Virus record (IMG/VR): IMGVR_UViG_3300044612_001159
Location: 51,666 to 115,665 of that record
Source of the DNA: a virus
Length of the DNA: 64,000 nucleotides
Direction: 5' to 3' (one strand)
The translations under genes were made by a program, and so were the position numbers. Shown here piece after piece: positions 46,838 to 55,951 of the stretch. The notes beneath the pieces are model-generated. The model saw nothing but the letters and a program-made list of their open reading frames with translations. It was not told the origin of the DNA and did no database searches. The stretch's first letter is position 1. Each line of letters opens with the position of its first letter.

Positions 46838-47518
46838 CTATTCTATAACCTCATAGGTTAGGCCCATTCCTATTCCAAAACCAGCCCTTTCTGCATTTTT
46901 ACCCTGAAGTGCAAGGATATCATTTCCATTTTCTGCTGCACCTTTACTAAATACCCTAGCCTTCATATCTTCCCATTCATTACTATTCCCTGAATTTTTA
47001 TCAAGATCAACACCCTGCATAGCAGCAGCAAATTTTTTATCACTATAATCTAAATCTCTTTTAGCCTTAATCGTTGCAGTTAGTTCTGGCATTGACAAAG
47101 ATTGTTCTAATTCCTCATAGTCTTTCCAAATGCCAATCAAAAACGCCTCTGCTTCTAATTTTGCTAAATCCAAAGTCTCCCAGGAAGATCCACTATCTAC
47201 GGCTTGAGACTTTACTGGCTCTTCTGATTTTTGATTAATCTTAATTCCTGCTGCAATATCGATAACCTCATATATTGTTGGTAAGTCTAAATTGTCTTCA
47301 AGGTCATCTATAGTTTTTATATATGGAGCATATTGCTTCATTGCTACAAGGGCACAAAGAACCAAGATAGATATTGATTCATCATCTGTTTTTGCTAATT
47401 TTATTGTTTCAAATTTTGTTAAAAATTCTCTAAGATATTTTATTTTAAGTGGAGCAGCCTCAACTATTGTTCCATCAATCAGAGAAAAACTTTTCTTTTC
47501 ATATACGCTTGTTGCCAT
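46838..47518 (-). CDS. Tail assembly chaperone, long form (GT-like), paralog of the downstream gene
   Basis: N-half aligns with 46457..46780; extra C-half (WKDYEELEQSLSMPEL). Confidence 0.72.
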   Translation of the reverse strand: MATSVYEKKSFSLIDGTIVEAAPLKIKYLREFLTKFETIKLAKTDDESISILVLCALVAMKQYAPYIKTIDDLEDNLDLPTIYEVIDIAAGIKINQKSEEPVKSQAVDSGSSWETLDLAKLEAEAFLIGIWKDYEELEQSLSMPELTATIKAKRDLDYSDKKFAAAMQGVDLDKNSGNSNEWEDMKARVFSKGAAENGNDILALQGKNAERAGFGIGMGLTYEVIE

Positions 47519-47538
47519 TATATAAGTATACCAAATGG

Positions 47539-47566
47539 AAAAGCCCAGACCTTGTGAGTCTGGGCT
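47539..47566 (-). terminator. Intrinsic terminator after major tail gene
   Basis: AGCCCAGAC/GTCTGGGCT stem plus TTTT. Confidence 0.8.
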
Positions 47567-47583
47567 AGTCCTATTAAGTTGTA

Positions 47584-48240
47584 TTAGTCGAGTGAACGAT
47601 CTACGATTTTACCGTATGATGCGTCATCGTTTGGAAGGAGACGGAATGATACTTCAAACATTGAAGCCTCATCACGCTTTGCTGATACTGTAACATTCTC
47701 AATTGAGAGTGCACGATATGCAACATAGATTCTTTCCTTTGGAGTTGCTGAAGAACCAGATCCTGGTCCTACTGCTACTAGTCCACGCTCTAGTGGAACG
47801 TCACCAATATCACCTGCGGACATCTTCAATGTTGAGAGTCCTGATGCTGATACTAGGTCTGTATCATCTGCTGCAATTGCAACTAGAAGATTTTCTAATG
47901 TTGCCTCTGCGAACGATGTATTTAGATTAACTGTCATACCTTGCTTGAATAGACGAGCAACGTCGAGAAGTTGATCTACTGCTACTTCACCGAAATCTGG
48001 CTGGAATGCGAGTTCCAAACCGTTCGATGTATAACCTACGTTTGTGTAATTTTCGTCATCGAGTGACAAAGTTTCCTTGTAGGATGTGGCGGATGCGGTC
48101 ATTGCTGGAAGATCTAGTAACGCTTGTGCGTCAGTAATCTTTCCAGTTGATGAGTTGTATCCGATTGGACCTGCATTATGCGTAAATAGTGCTGCTGCAC
48201 CTACGATAATGTTACTACTTGAACCACGGCTGTATGCCAT
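47584..48240 (-). CDS. Major tail (tube) protein
   Basis: NIIVGAA, VGYTSNG, VDQ, AEATLENL; SD GAGGTG. Confidence 0.85.
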   Translation of the reverse strand: MAYSRGSSSNIIVGAAALFTHNAGPIGYNSSTGKITDAQALLDLPAMTASATSYKETLSLDDENYTNVGYTSNGLELAFQPDFGEVAVDQLLDVARLFKQGMTVNLNTSFAEATLENLLVAIAADDTDLVSASGLSTLKMSAGDIGDVPLERGLVAVGPGSGSSATPKERIYVAYRALSIENVTVSAKRDEASMFEVSFRLLPNDDASYGKIVDRSLD

Positions 48241-48308
48241 ATATTCTCACCTCTTTCATTTTATTAAAAGGGGGTTTGTTTCCTCACCATAATTATACAG
48301 CCTTTTTA

Positions 48309-48905
48309 TTAGGGTATTAGGTCTGGGTATACAGCATGCCAGTCATAGTCTATGATCATCTTATTCCCCGCATAGGTGCGGGCTGTGCCAAAATCAATAA
48401 TATCTCTTGTTTCTTCCAACTGGTATATTTTAAAGTTATGGAAATATGGCACATAGAATGTTCCGTGTCCAGGGATTGTGGCTTTTGGTCGCAAAGTAAC
48501 TGGCTCTGTTTCTATGGATAGGTTTGATAATATCCATTCATTGATGTCTTCTGCTGACTCATCGCCACGATCTAAAAGGTCTTGAATCTTTTGAGTTATT
48601 CTAATTAAATTTGGAACAGCATTTTCTTCTAAAGCATTAAAATAATAAAGTAATTGCTCACACTTGATATGTGGAAATGGCATTCTTCTCATTTTAAACA
48701 TTCTATCATATATTGCAGCATTACCATTAAACACAAATACTCCAGGAGTTCCTTCTGTTAGATTGTTTATGGAAAACTCTTGAGCCAATCCAGCCATATC
48801 TGTTGGAACTGTTGGGAACATAGGGATTGCCCCAAAGTCTGGTCCAAGTTTTTGTTGTAAAAACGCATTTATAAATGATGGCGGATGATCAATAACTACA
48901 CTCAC
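48309..48905 (-). CDS. Putative tail terminator/completion protein
   Basis: Synteny upstream of major tail gene. Confidence 0.55.
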   Translation of the reverse strand: MSVVIDHPPSFINAFLQQKLGPDFGAIPMFPTVPTDMAGLAQEFSINNLTEGTPGVFVFNGNAAIYDRMFKMRRMPFPHIKCEQLLYYFNALEENAVPNLIRITQKIQDLLDRGDESAEDINEWILSNLSIETEPVTLRPKATIPGHGTFYVPYFHNFKIYQLEETRDIIDFGTARTYAGNKMIIDYDWHAVYPDLIP

Positions 48906-49579
48906 TGAATACCAACTCCTGCGTTAGCAATCCAGCGGTAGCCTGTTGACAAACCTTTAGACCTGCCCAGTTTTTTGCCTGCTGCCATATCTTTTCTATA
49001 TACTATTGGATTCTCAAGATATCTAGCAATACCGCTTACTCTTAAAAATGCTTGAGAAAAATATCTATTAAAGAACATATCAAATACCTTTTCAAATCCA
49101 CCTTGGACTTCTGTTCCTCCAGGATTATCTACCCTTACTTCATTTTTTGTAAACACTGTTTCTCCGTTATCTTCAAATACCAAGACTTGTGCCACTCTTG
49201 GTCTAATCGTAACTGGAATGCCTTCTTCCATGATTCTTGCTTTATCATAAAACGGAGTCCTAGACCCATTTTTTATTGAGGTAGATTGACGAAACGAAGA
49301 CCTAAATGACAAACCTAGATTACTTGTTGTATATGATATATCATATAATCTTGCACTAGGGCTACCTGTCTGATTCCATTCATAAACATGATGCAGCATA
49401 TCTGGATTAACCCTAGCGTTAGAATCTATAAACTCTTTCATAAGTTCTACTGTTTCTACCCCTATTGTTTTTAGAAACACTGTCTTACCTCTTTGTATGC
49501 CCTCCAAAAATCCCATAGAATAATCTACTATATTATTCATTTCTTTTTTAAATTGCGCTGAATTAAATACGGCTCTCAT
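48902..49579 (-). CDS. Putative neck/tail completion protein
   Basis: Synteny. Confidence 0.55.
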   Translation of the reverse strand: MRAVFNSAQFKKEMNNIVDYSMGFLEGIQRGKTVFLKTIGVETVELMKEFIDSNARVNPDMLHHVYEWNQTGSPSARLYDISYTTSNLGLSFRSSFRQSTSIKNGSRTPFYDKARIMEEGIPVTIRPRVAQVLVFEDNGETVFTKNEVRVDNPGGTEVQGGFEKVFDMFFNRYFSQAFLRVSGIARYLENPIVYRKDMAAGKKLGRSKGLSTGYRWIANAGVGIQ

Positions 49580-50025
49580 ACATCACCTGTCTGATTCTCG
49601 GATCTTCTAATTATCAACTTAAACGATTCTACTGTTCCAAATGGTCCAACAAATGGCTCATAGGTGGCAATCTCGAATAGGGTTCCCTTTCCTGATCTTG
49701 GTCCAGATGTTTCTATATAAATAAGATTACCTTCTTGATCTTTAATATCTGTTACAAGAATATTTGTTAAAGAGTTTTTATTATCTCTAGAAGATAGTCT
49801 TAAATCTGACTTTGCTCTCCCAATTAAAATAGTGTTTTGTGTTATGTTAACATTTGGTTTTACTTCTTCTTTAAAAGCAGAACCGCCTGCAGAAAAACTA
49901 CAAGCAAATATTCTATCTAACACCCATTGCTTTTTTATTGCTCCAAAGTCACCTTGCTCAACGATTGGATGATATAAAGATGCCTGCATTGGAAACATAA
50001 AGTCTGGAGTTTCGCATATTGTCAT
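49576..50025 (-). CDS. Putative head closure protein
   Basis: Synteny, beta-rich. Confidence 0.55.
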   Translation of the reverse strand: MTICETPDFMFPMQASLYHPIVEQGDFGAIKKQWVLDRIFACSFSAGGSAFKEEVKPNVNITQNTILIGRAKSDLRLSSRDNKNSLTNILVTDIKDQEGNLIYIETSGPRSGKGTLFEIATYEPFVGPFGTVESFKLIIRRSENQTGDV

Positions 50026-50906
50026 TACAACACCCCAAGTTTTGTAATAGACTTAGTATACTTTGAAAGCATCTTGTCTACAAGTATATTTCCCGTTCCC
50101 TCGAAAAGACCTTTGTCAAACTGAATTTTATACTGATCTGTATTGTACGAAGAAATAAATCTCTTATAATAGTCCAACTTTCCACAGTCTATGTCGTGAA
50201 CAAGCATCTCAGTTGCTTTTACGATATCTGATGGCACATTGGAATAACCGTACTCAACTGTTATTCTGTAGTCCCAGGTTTTACCAAATCCTCTGTAAAT
50301 AAATTGTGGATCAAGAGAGTCTGAGGACGCTGCTGGTAGAACAAGTGGGGCTGACTCTGCACGATTAATATTGTCTGTTGACTTTTCAACAATTGCTGTT
50401 TTATCAGATGTTACTTCGTATTCTCTATCTGTTACCAATTTGTTATTTTCATAAACTGACAAAACCTTTTTTACATCATCCCAGATAGGCAAATAGTCTG
50501 ATCCAGTTCCTGTAAAATTTAAAACCTTTTTCTTATAATAAAAACCTTCTCCAACAATTGAATCAATTATTGCTCTTGCTATTCCTTCACTATCTGCATA
50601 TGCAGCAATCTCAGAAGCAGTGCTTCCCTTTGTAGATGGATCTACATATGGTCTAGTTACCTCATATGTATCGTCAATAATAACATCATCTATAATTTTT
50701 ACTTCTACTCTGTATTCAGAGTCATATTTTCCAGGTAGATTTATTGTTAATGTATCTCCCGTTGAAAGTTCTGGAAACTCTAGTGTGGATACAGAAAGAT
50801 CCGCCATATCAGTTACTAAAACAGTTACATCTTCATCGGTAATAGACGAAGGAATAGTGTAAGTAACTGGTATATCTGCGTATGGCGGAACTCTCAATAT
50901 CTCCAT
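50025..50906 (-). CDS. Head-tail adaptor protein
   Basis: YGYSNVPSDIVKATEML motif; synteny. Confidence 0.7.
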   Translation of the reverse strand: MEILRVPPYADIPVTYTIPSSITDEDVTVLVTDMADLSVSTLEFPELSTGDTLTINLPGKYDSEYRVEVKIIDDVIIDDTYEVTRPYVDPSTKGSTASEIAAYADSEGIARAIIDSIVGEGFYYKKKVLNFTGTGSDYLPIWDDVKKVLSVYENNKLVTDREYEVTSDKTAIVEKSTDNINRAESAPLVLPAASSDSLDPQFIYRGFGKTWDYRITVEYGYSNVPSDIVKATEMLVHDIDCGKLDYYKRFISSYNTDQYKIQFDKGLFEGTGNILVDKMLSKYTKSITKLGVL

Positions 50907-50912
50907 ACTAAA

Positions 50913-51320
50913 TTACCCTAAAACCTTTTTTACTTCTTCGGGTGTTGCAACACGGACATGTGAGCGAGTGAGCCACTTGTCTGCTTGCTCTTTTGTTACA
51001 ATATTGTAACCTCTGTAAAGTGTTCCAACTTCTTCCCAACGAACATTCTTTGTTGAGTGAATGGCCACCTTGTCTCCATCTTGATTTGCTGGCTTAACAG
51101 TCTTCTTTGGACCGTCTGCTGCCATTGATCCAATAGCACCTGTATTTGTAAATCCTAGCGCTTGAACTGGTTCTGCTGCTGGCTCTTCAACCTTTGCTGG
51201 CGCCTCTACAACAACTGGCTCTACGACAGGCTCTGCAGCAGGCTCTACTGGTGTTTCAGCAACAATAGACTCTGGTGCATTTTCTACTACGAATGGCTTG
51301 TTATATTCATTGTTTTCCAT
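50913..51320 (-). CDS. Hypothetical protein with acidic Pro/Glu/Val N-terminus
   Basis: SD AGGAGGA; promoter TGATATAAT. Confidence 0.75.
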   Translation of the reverse strand: MENNEYNKPFVVENAPESIVAETPVEPAAEPVVEPVVVEAPAKVEEPAAEPVQALGFTNTGAIGSMAADGPKKTVKPANQDGDKVAIHSTKNVRWEEVGTLYRGYNIVTKEQADKWLTRSHVRVATPEEVKKVLG

Positions 51321-51349
51321 AATATCCTCCTTGTTTGTATTATATCACT

Positions 51350-51389
51350 AAAGTATTAAGGGGGACAGGAGAGTGAACTCCCGCCCCCC
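51350..51389 (-). terminator. Probable terminator after major capsid gene
   Basis: GC-rich hairpin GGGGGGCGGGAG-TTCA-CTCTCCTGTCCCCC then T-rich sequence. Confidence 0.65.
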
Positions 51390-51410
51390 ATAAAAGGTTA
51401 CTGTTACAGA

Positions 51411-52544
51411 TTATGAATCTGAAGCAGCGTCAGCGAATGCAATTGCATCCTCTTCTTCCCATTGAATACCGAAGCGAACGAATACAGTATATTCAATTGT
51501 ATCCTTCTTCGCTACGTACTCACGGTTTACAGTAATATCTCTCTGGAATCCCCAAACACGGTTGGCAGGGAATGTCAAATCGATATAGCCTTCTGGGTAG
51601 TAAGGAACTTCTTGAACTTCAATTCCGAGAACACGAGTTGTACGTGCTCCACCGAATGTCTGTCCAATACCGTCGAGATAGTTCTGACGGTTTGCTTGAG
51701 TGCTTCCTGGAACTTGTCCAGCAAACGCTTCAGCAACTGCATCTGCAAGTGTACCGTTGTTCTTAACGATTCCACCGAATGCGTCTGTACCTGCGTAGAA
51801 CTTAAGATTGTTCTTAAGTGCACGGTACTTACGTGGCATTGCATTGATGATGCCCTGCATGACGCTAGGTGTCCAAGCATTATCTGCTACGGTCACTACT
51901 GACTCATGTGCATCTCCGTTTGTCTTTACCTTGTTGATAAAGCCTGGCATGATAGACAAGAATGCTCCTGTTGTACCATCACCATTGATAGCGAGATCTT
52001 CGATATCATTTGCGAATGCGTTGGTCATCAAGCGTACCAAGTGATCTTCTAGAGCATCACCTTCGACACCATCTTCCAAAGATTCTGCAGTTACTTCCCA
52101 ATCAAGACGAATCTTCTTGGTAGTAAGTTCGACCTTGGAGAAGGTTGCGCCTGTGTTTGTGTAGTTACCAACTGCTTGCGCTGCTGCACGAATTACACGC
52201 TCACCTACGTTAATCTTCTCAAGTTCCATTGAGTTAGCCTTCATTGTTACACGACGGCCATCCTTTGCTAACACTGTAGCGTCCCAAACATAGTCGATAA
52301 AACGACGAGCCTGCTCGGGGCGCAAAATTCCAGAAGCCGCTGAACCACTAGGGTTAACAGCATTTGCTCCGCTAGTTGTTCCTAACGTTGCTGTTGGAAT
52401 GTTACCAAGTGTATCTGCACCTGGATTTGTTACTCCACCAATACCACCTGATGCGAATGCACCTTGGCCCTGGTAAAGTCCTGGTGCTGTTCCACCTAGA
52501 TCTCCAGATGCGCCTGGTTGGTTTTTGATTATTTCTTCTGACAT
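51411..52544 (-). CDS. Major capsid protein (HK97 fold)
   Basis: GILRPEQARRFID, EDLAINGDG; SD AGGAGGTG before ATG 52544; follows protease. Confidence 0.9.
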   Translation of the reverse strand: MSEEIIKNQPGASGDLGGTAPGLYQGQGAFASGGIGGVTNPGADTLGNIPTATLGTTSGANAVNPSGSAASGILRPEQARRFIDYVWDATVLAKDGRRVTMKANSMELEKINVGERVIRAAAQAVGNYTNTGATFSKVELTTKKIRLDWEVTAESLEDGVEGDALEDHLVRLMTNAFANDIEDLAINGDGTTGAFLSIMPGFINKVKTNGDAHESVVTVADNAWTPSVMQGIINAMPRKYRALKNNLKFYAGTDAFGGIVKNNGTLADAVAEAFAGQVPGSTQANRQNYLDGIGQTFGGARTTRVLGIEVQEVPYYPEGYIDLTFPANRVWGFQRDITVNREYVAKKDTIEYTVFVRFGIQWEEEDAIAFADAASDS

Positions 52545-52567
52545 ATTGTCACCTCCTAGTGATTTGT

Positions 52568-53905
52568 TCATTTGAATAGATCGGCTGTTTTGAGGAAACT
52601 ACCGCCCCATAGGGATTTTTCAACCATTTCAGGCTGAGACTGGAAGATATCGCCGATATCTCCAGACTTTCGGAATGCGGTGTCTGCTTCCACAGCGTCT
52701 ACTCGTTTTCCAAATTCATTAAATTCACTTGTTACTGCTGCAATATCTTTTGCAACGGCATCAAATGAATCCTTAACAGTATCAACATCGACCTTTGTAG
52801 ACTTAAGAAGTTCTACTTCTGCCTGCAAAGCCTTTACTGTTGACACTAGATCGCTAAAGGCTGATTCTAGAGTATTTTTCATTTCGGTAACTGCCTCAGC
52901 AATTACTTCTTCTGATTTAGATACTTCTACAACTGCCTCGGTTACTGTTTCAATTGCTTCAGCATCTTCTGCCTTAGTAATTTCTTCTGCCACGGCTTCT
53001 TCTGTCTTAACAACTTCAGTCGTTTCAACTTCGTCTGCCTTAGCAACTTGTTCAGCAACTTCTGCAACTGATGCATCTGCCTCTGGAGCGACCACAACAT
53101 CTTCAACTACATCTGTCTTTTCAACTTGTGTCTTTGATTTTGTCATATGTTGTACCTCCTTGTTCATCTTAGAAGTATTAATGCCTTTAGCACTATCGAC
53201 TAAGAATTTTATCATTGTTGTTTTTTCGTTATCCGTTTTCTCAACGAATCCTATATTTTCCATCTGCTCTCCGCTAACTGGGCTAAGTTCTGATTCATTT
53301 TCAGATGAGATTACTATGCCGTTTTCTTTGTCGTAAAAAACATTTTCTAGAACAGTTGAGTCTGCTTTAATAACATCTACGCCGTCAACTTTTTCAATCG
53401 ATACAATGTTCGCAAATTGATTTGCTGGCGAATCAACCAGACTCAACTCTATTAGGTCATAGTCTTTAATAATTCTAATTGTAGAATCAGACTTTTCATC
53501 ATAACCATCATCCCATTTATTCATTTTACCGCCAATAGAAAAACCAGTAAGGGTTCCATCTAGAACTTTTTCCCATGTGTCTTGTGCGCCTTTTGATACG
53601 TATGCGGAGACAAAAACTCCAGAATAAAACTTCTTTGACTCTGGATCAAAATACTTGTCTTCCTTAAAATTAATCATTTTACCAACAGCCAATGGTTGAT
53701 GCATTTCACGAATGTTGCCTCTAAATTTTGCAAATGCCTTCATCGAAGCCTCTGAAGTAACAATATCCATCTGCTTATCTAGATTATCTAGTGAGGCAAA
53801 GCCTGAAACAATGCGTCTTTCTTTATCTACCTTGCTAAAAGGCATTGAGAGACGAAGATTGTCCCCATCAGAATTCCAATGGGCTTTAGATATATTGGTC
53901 ACCAC
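52568..53905 (-). CDS. Prohead protease fused to scaffold
   Basis: HK97-type protease (REMH, GFSIGG, ELSLVDSPAN) plus acidic coiled-coil C-half. Confidence 0.9.
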   Translation of the reverse strand: MVTNISKAHWNSDGDNLRLSMPFSKVDKERRIVSGFASLDNLDKQMDIVTSEASMKAFAKFRGNIREMHQPLAVGKMINFKEDKYFDPESKKFYSGVFVSAYVSKGAQDTWEKVLDGTLTGFSIGGKMNKWDDGYDEKSDSTIRIIKDYDLIELSLVDSPANQFANIVSIEKVDGVDVIKADSTVLENVFYDKENGIVISSENESELSPVSGEQMENIGFVEKTDNEKTTMIKFLVDSAKGINTSKMNKEVQHMTKSKTQVEKTDVVEDVVVAPEADASVAEVAEQVAKADEVETTEVVKTEEAVAEEITKAEDAEAIETVTEAVVEVSKSEEVIAEAVTEMKNTLESAFSDLVSTVKALQAEVELLKSTKVDVDTVKDSFDAVAKDIAAVTSEFNEFGKRVDAVEADTAFRKSGDIGDIFQSQPEMVEKSLWGGSFLKTADLFK

Positions 53906-53957
53906 TATATTATACCCTCCATTTTACACAAGTATCACATTCTGGACAAATCGGACA

Positions 53958-55544
53958 TTAGGGGGTTTTTCTACCTTCACCCTTTGGATTTCTTCCAGCA
54001 ACCGTTGATGTACTATCAGAGTTATTATTTGTTCTCTCCGAATCTCTAGACCTTGTAGTGGTTGCCTCTGCTGCAGCATCTGGCTTTAACTGTAGGACTT
54101 CATCTCCACCTTCTCGCTGTGGCATATCAAGAATAACTCGTGCTTCATTTGGAGTTATAATCTGATTCTTAACATATCGCTCAAGTATTTGAGACTGTGC
54201 AATTTCATCAGTCAAAGTTAACTCATTAAACACAAACTCAAGGATGTCTGTTTTTTCACGAATGATCTTGTTAATCATTTTTTCTAGTTGTCTCTGTGCT
54301 GGACGAGCAACCTGCTCTTTAAAAGTGCGATCTTGTGCAAGCGCTGCTGCTATAGATGCAGAATCGCTACCGCCCAATTTTGAAAGTGGCACCTGATGTG
54401 CTACCAAAATATCGTCACGATTTTGCTTACGGTACTCCTTAAATGATCCATCTTGAATACCATCTTCAATAGGATCCATTTTAAACTCTACTTTATTATT
54501 TTCTGTATCACCTGGCAGTGGAATATATAGTGTTCTATGTGACTGTCCTCTAAGATTTGTTTGCAAAAATCTAAACATCTTGTCTTCTGCATCTCCAGAA
54601 AGTTTTGCACCCTTTAATGTTACAACATATCTTGGAACTGCCTTATTTGCAAAGTAGTCAATGTTGTACTGAGAGGCAAGAGAGTCTCCGTGCAATGAGT
54701 TAATTGCTGACATAATGTCTGGCACTCCATAAAATGTATTAAGAGGTGAGTATTGCTTGAAGTGAATTATCTCATTTGGACGTGAATCTGTTGTAAGAGG
54801 ATTAGGATTTTTTGCTCCAAAATTACGGAAGTAAACAATCTTATTTCCAATAATCTGAACATACCCATCTTTCAATCTTCTGACTCTCATAGTTGTTGCT
54901 GGAATGTGACCAACATATCCAATTTCTCCACGAGTTGTTCTTCCTATTTCTAGGTATCCGTTTCCAGTAGACTGAAGATCTGTGTAAACTTTTTCCATAG
55001 TTGCAGTAAATGAATCGTCATCGTTTAGTGATTCAAGCCAATCACGCATTTCAATTTTTGCTCTTTCAATTCTTTTTCGTGCCTTCTGTGTTGCACTGTT
55101 ATCTTCTGAGGCCTCAAGTCTCATCATTGTTCTTGGAGAAACCTTAAACTCATAACCAAGCCCAACGATATTCTCTACCTTGGCATCAATTGCTGCATGA
55201 TTTGCAAATGATGTATCGTAGTAGTTTGCTAATTCATACAGATTCCAAGGCGGTGTTATAACGTCAAACATTCCATAGCCGTTTACATATACTAGCCCTG
55301 GGTTTATCTCTTTTGATTGTGCTCCATCAATACCGCTTTTTCCTGCTAACGCTGCGGTTGTATATTGTGGTGTTGGTTGCAACGCTTTGGTAGATAGCCT
55401 GCTAGTTCTTCTTTTAAAATTTGAGTCCAAACCGTCTAATGTTTTTAGTGTGTCCCATGTGTTGTTGAATGGATCTGACTTTGAAAAAGGATCGTCTTTT
55501 TTTATTGCTTCGTCAATTTTTGCACTTATTGTATACTCTTCCAT
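53958..55544 (-). CDS. Portal protein
   Basis: GNGYLEI, NEIIHFK..P...YG, YFANKAVP, ITPNEAR. Confidence 0.92.
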   Translation of the reverse strand: MEEYTISAKIDEAIKKDDPFSKSDPFNNTWDTLKTLDGLDSNFKRRTSRLSTKALQPTPQYTTAALAGKSGIDGAQSKEINPGLVYVNGYGMFDVITPPWNLYELANYYDTSFANHAAIDAKVENIVGLGYEFKVSPRTMMRLEASEDNSATQKARKRIERAKIEMRDWLESLNDDDSFTATMEKVYTDLQSTGNGYLEIGRTTRGEIGYVGHIPATTMRVRRLKDGYVQIIGNKIVYFRNFGAKNPNPLTTDSRPNEIIHFKQYSPLNTFYGVPDIMSAINSLHGDSLASQYNIDYFANKAVPRYVVTLKGAKLSGDAEDKMFRFLQTNLRGQSHRTLYIPLPGDTENNKVEFKMDPIEDGIQDGSFKEYRKQNRDDILVAHQVPLSKLGGSDSASIAAALAQDRTFKEQVARPAQRQLEKMINKIIREKTDILEFVFNELTLTDEIAQSQILERYVKNQIITPNEARVILDMPQREGGDEVLQLKPDAAAEATTTRSRDSERTNNNSDSTSTVAGRNPKGEGRKTP

Positions 55545-55546
55545 TT

Positions 55547-55933
55547 TTATTCCTCATCTCCATACTTAGCAATTGTATCTTTTGCTGCTTGAACTGCGCC
55601 AAGATCGTTTAATGATGGGATGAGTCCTGACTTCATTCTATCTACTTGCTCAGAATACTCTTCTTCTGATACCCTGGTCCCGCCTGGAACAAAAATTGCT
55701 TCACCATCTCCAGGGTCTCCGTAATATATTGCAACCTTTTTTAGTTCTGCAATTTTGGAAATATCTCCCTTTTCAGATGGAATATTTAAAACTGATCCAT
55801 GTCCGTCTGTAAACCACTTGCCATTTGATCTCTTGTATACATAAAGACCCCAATTGTAGTTCTTTTCAATGACCTTACGTCGCACATTTTGTACAATTGG
55901 CTTACCAGTTTTTGGGTTTATTAATGAATCCAT
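55547..55933 (-). CDS. Hypothetical protein upstream of portal
   Basis: Leaderless promoter upstream. Confidence 0.75.
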   Translation of the reverse strand: MDSLINPKTGKPIVQNVRRKVIEKNYNWGLYVYKRSNGKWFTDGHGSVLNIPSEKGDISKIAELKKVAIYYGDPGDGEAIFVPGGTRVSEEEYSEQVDRMKSGLIPSLNDLGAVQAAKDTIAKYGDEE

Positions 55934-55951
55934 GACAATAAGTATACCATA

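Noticed and set aside
46781-46840. A-run (AAAAAAAA on - strand) as a slippery frameshift site between tail chaperone genes
   Set aside because: It lies after the stop codon of the upstream gene, and the long form is already encoded in one frame
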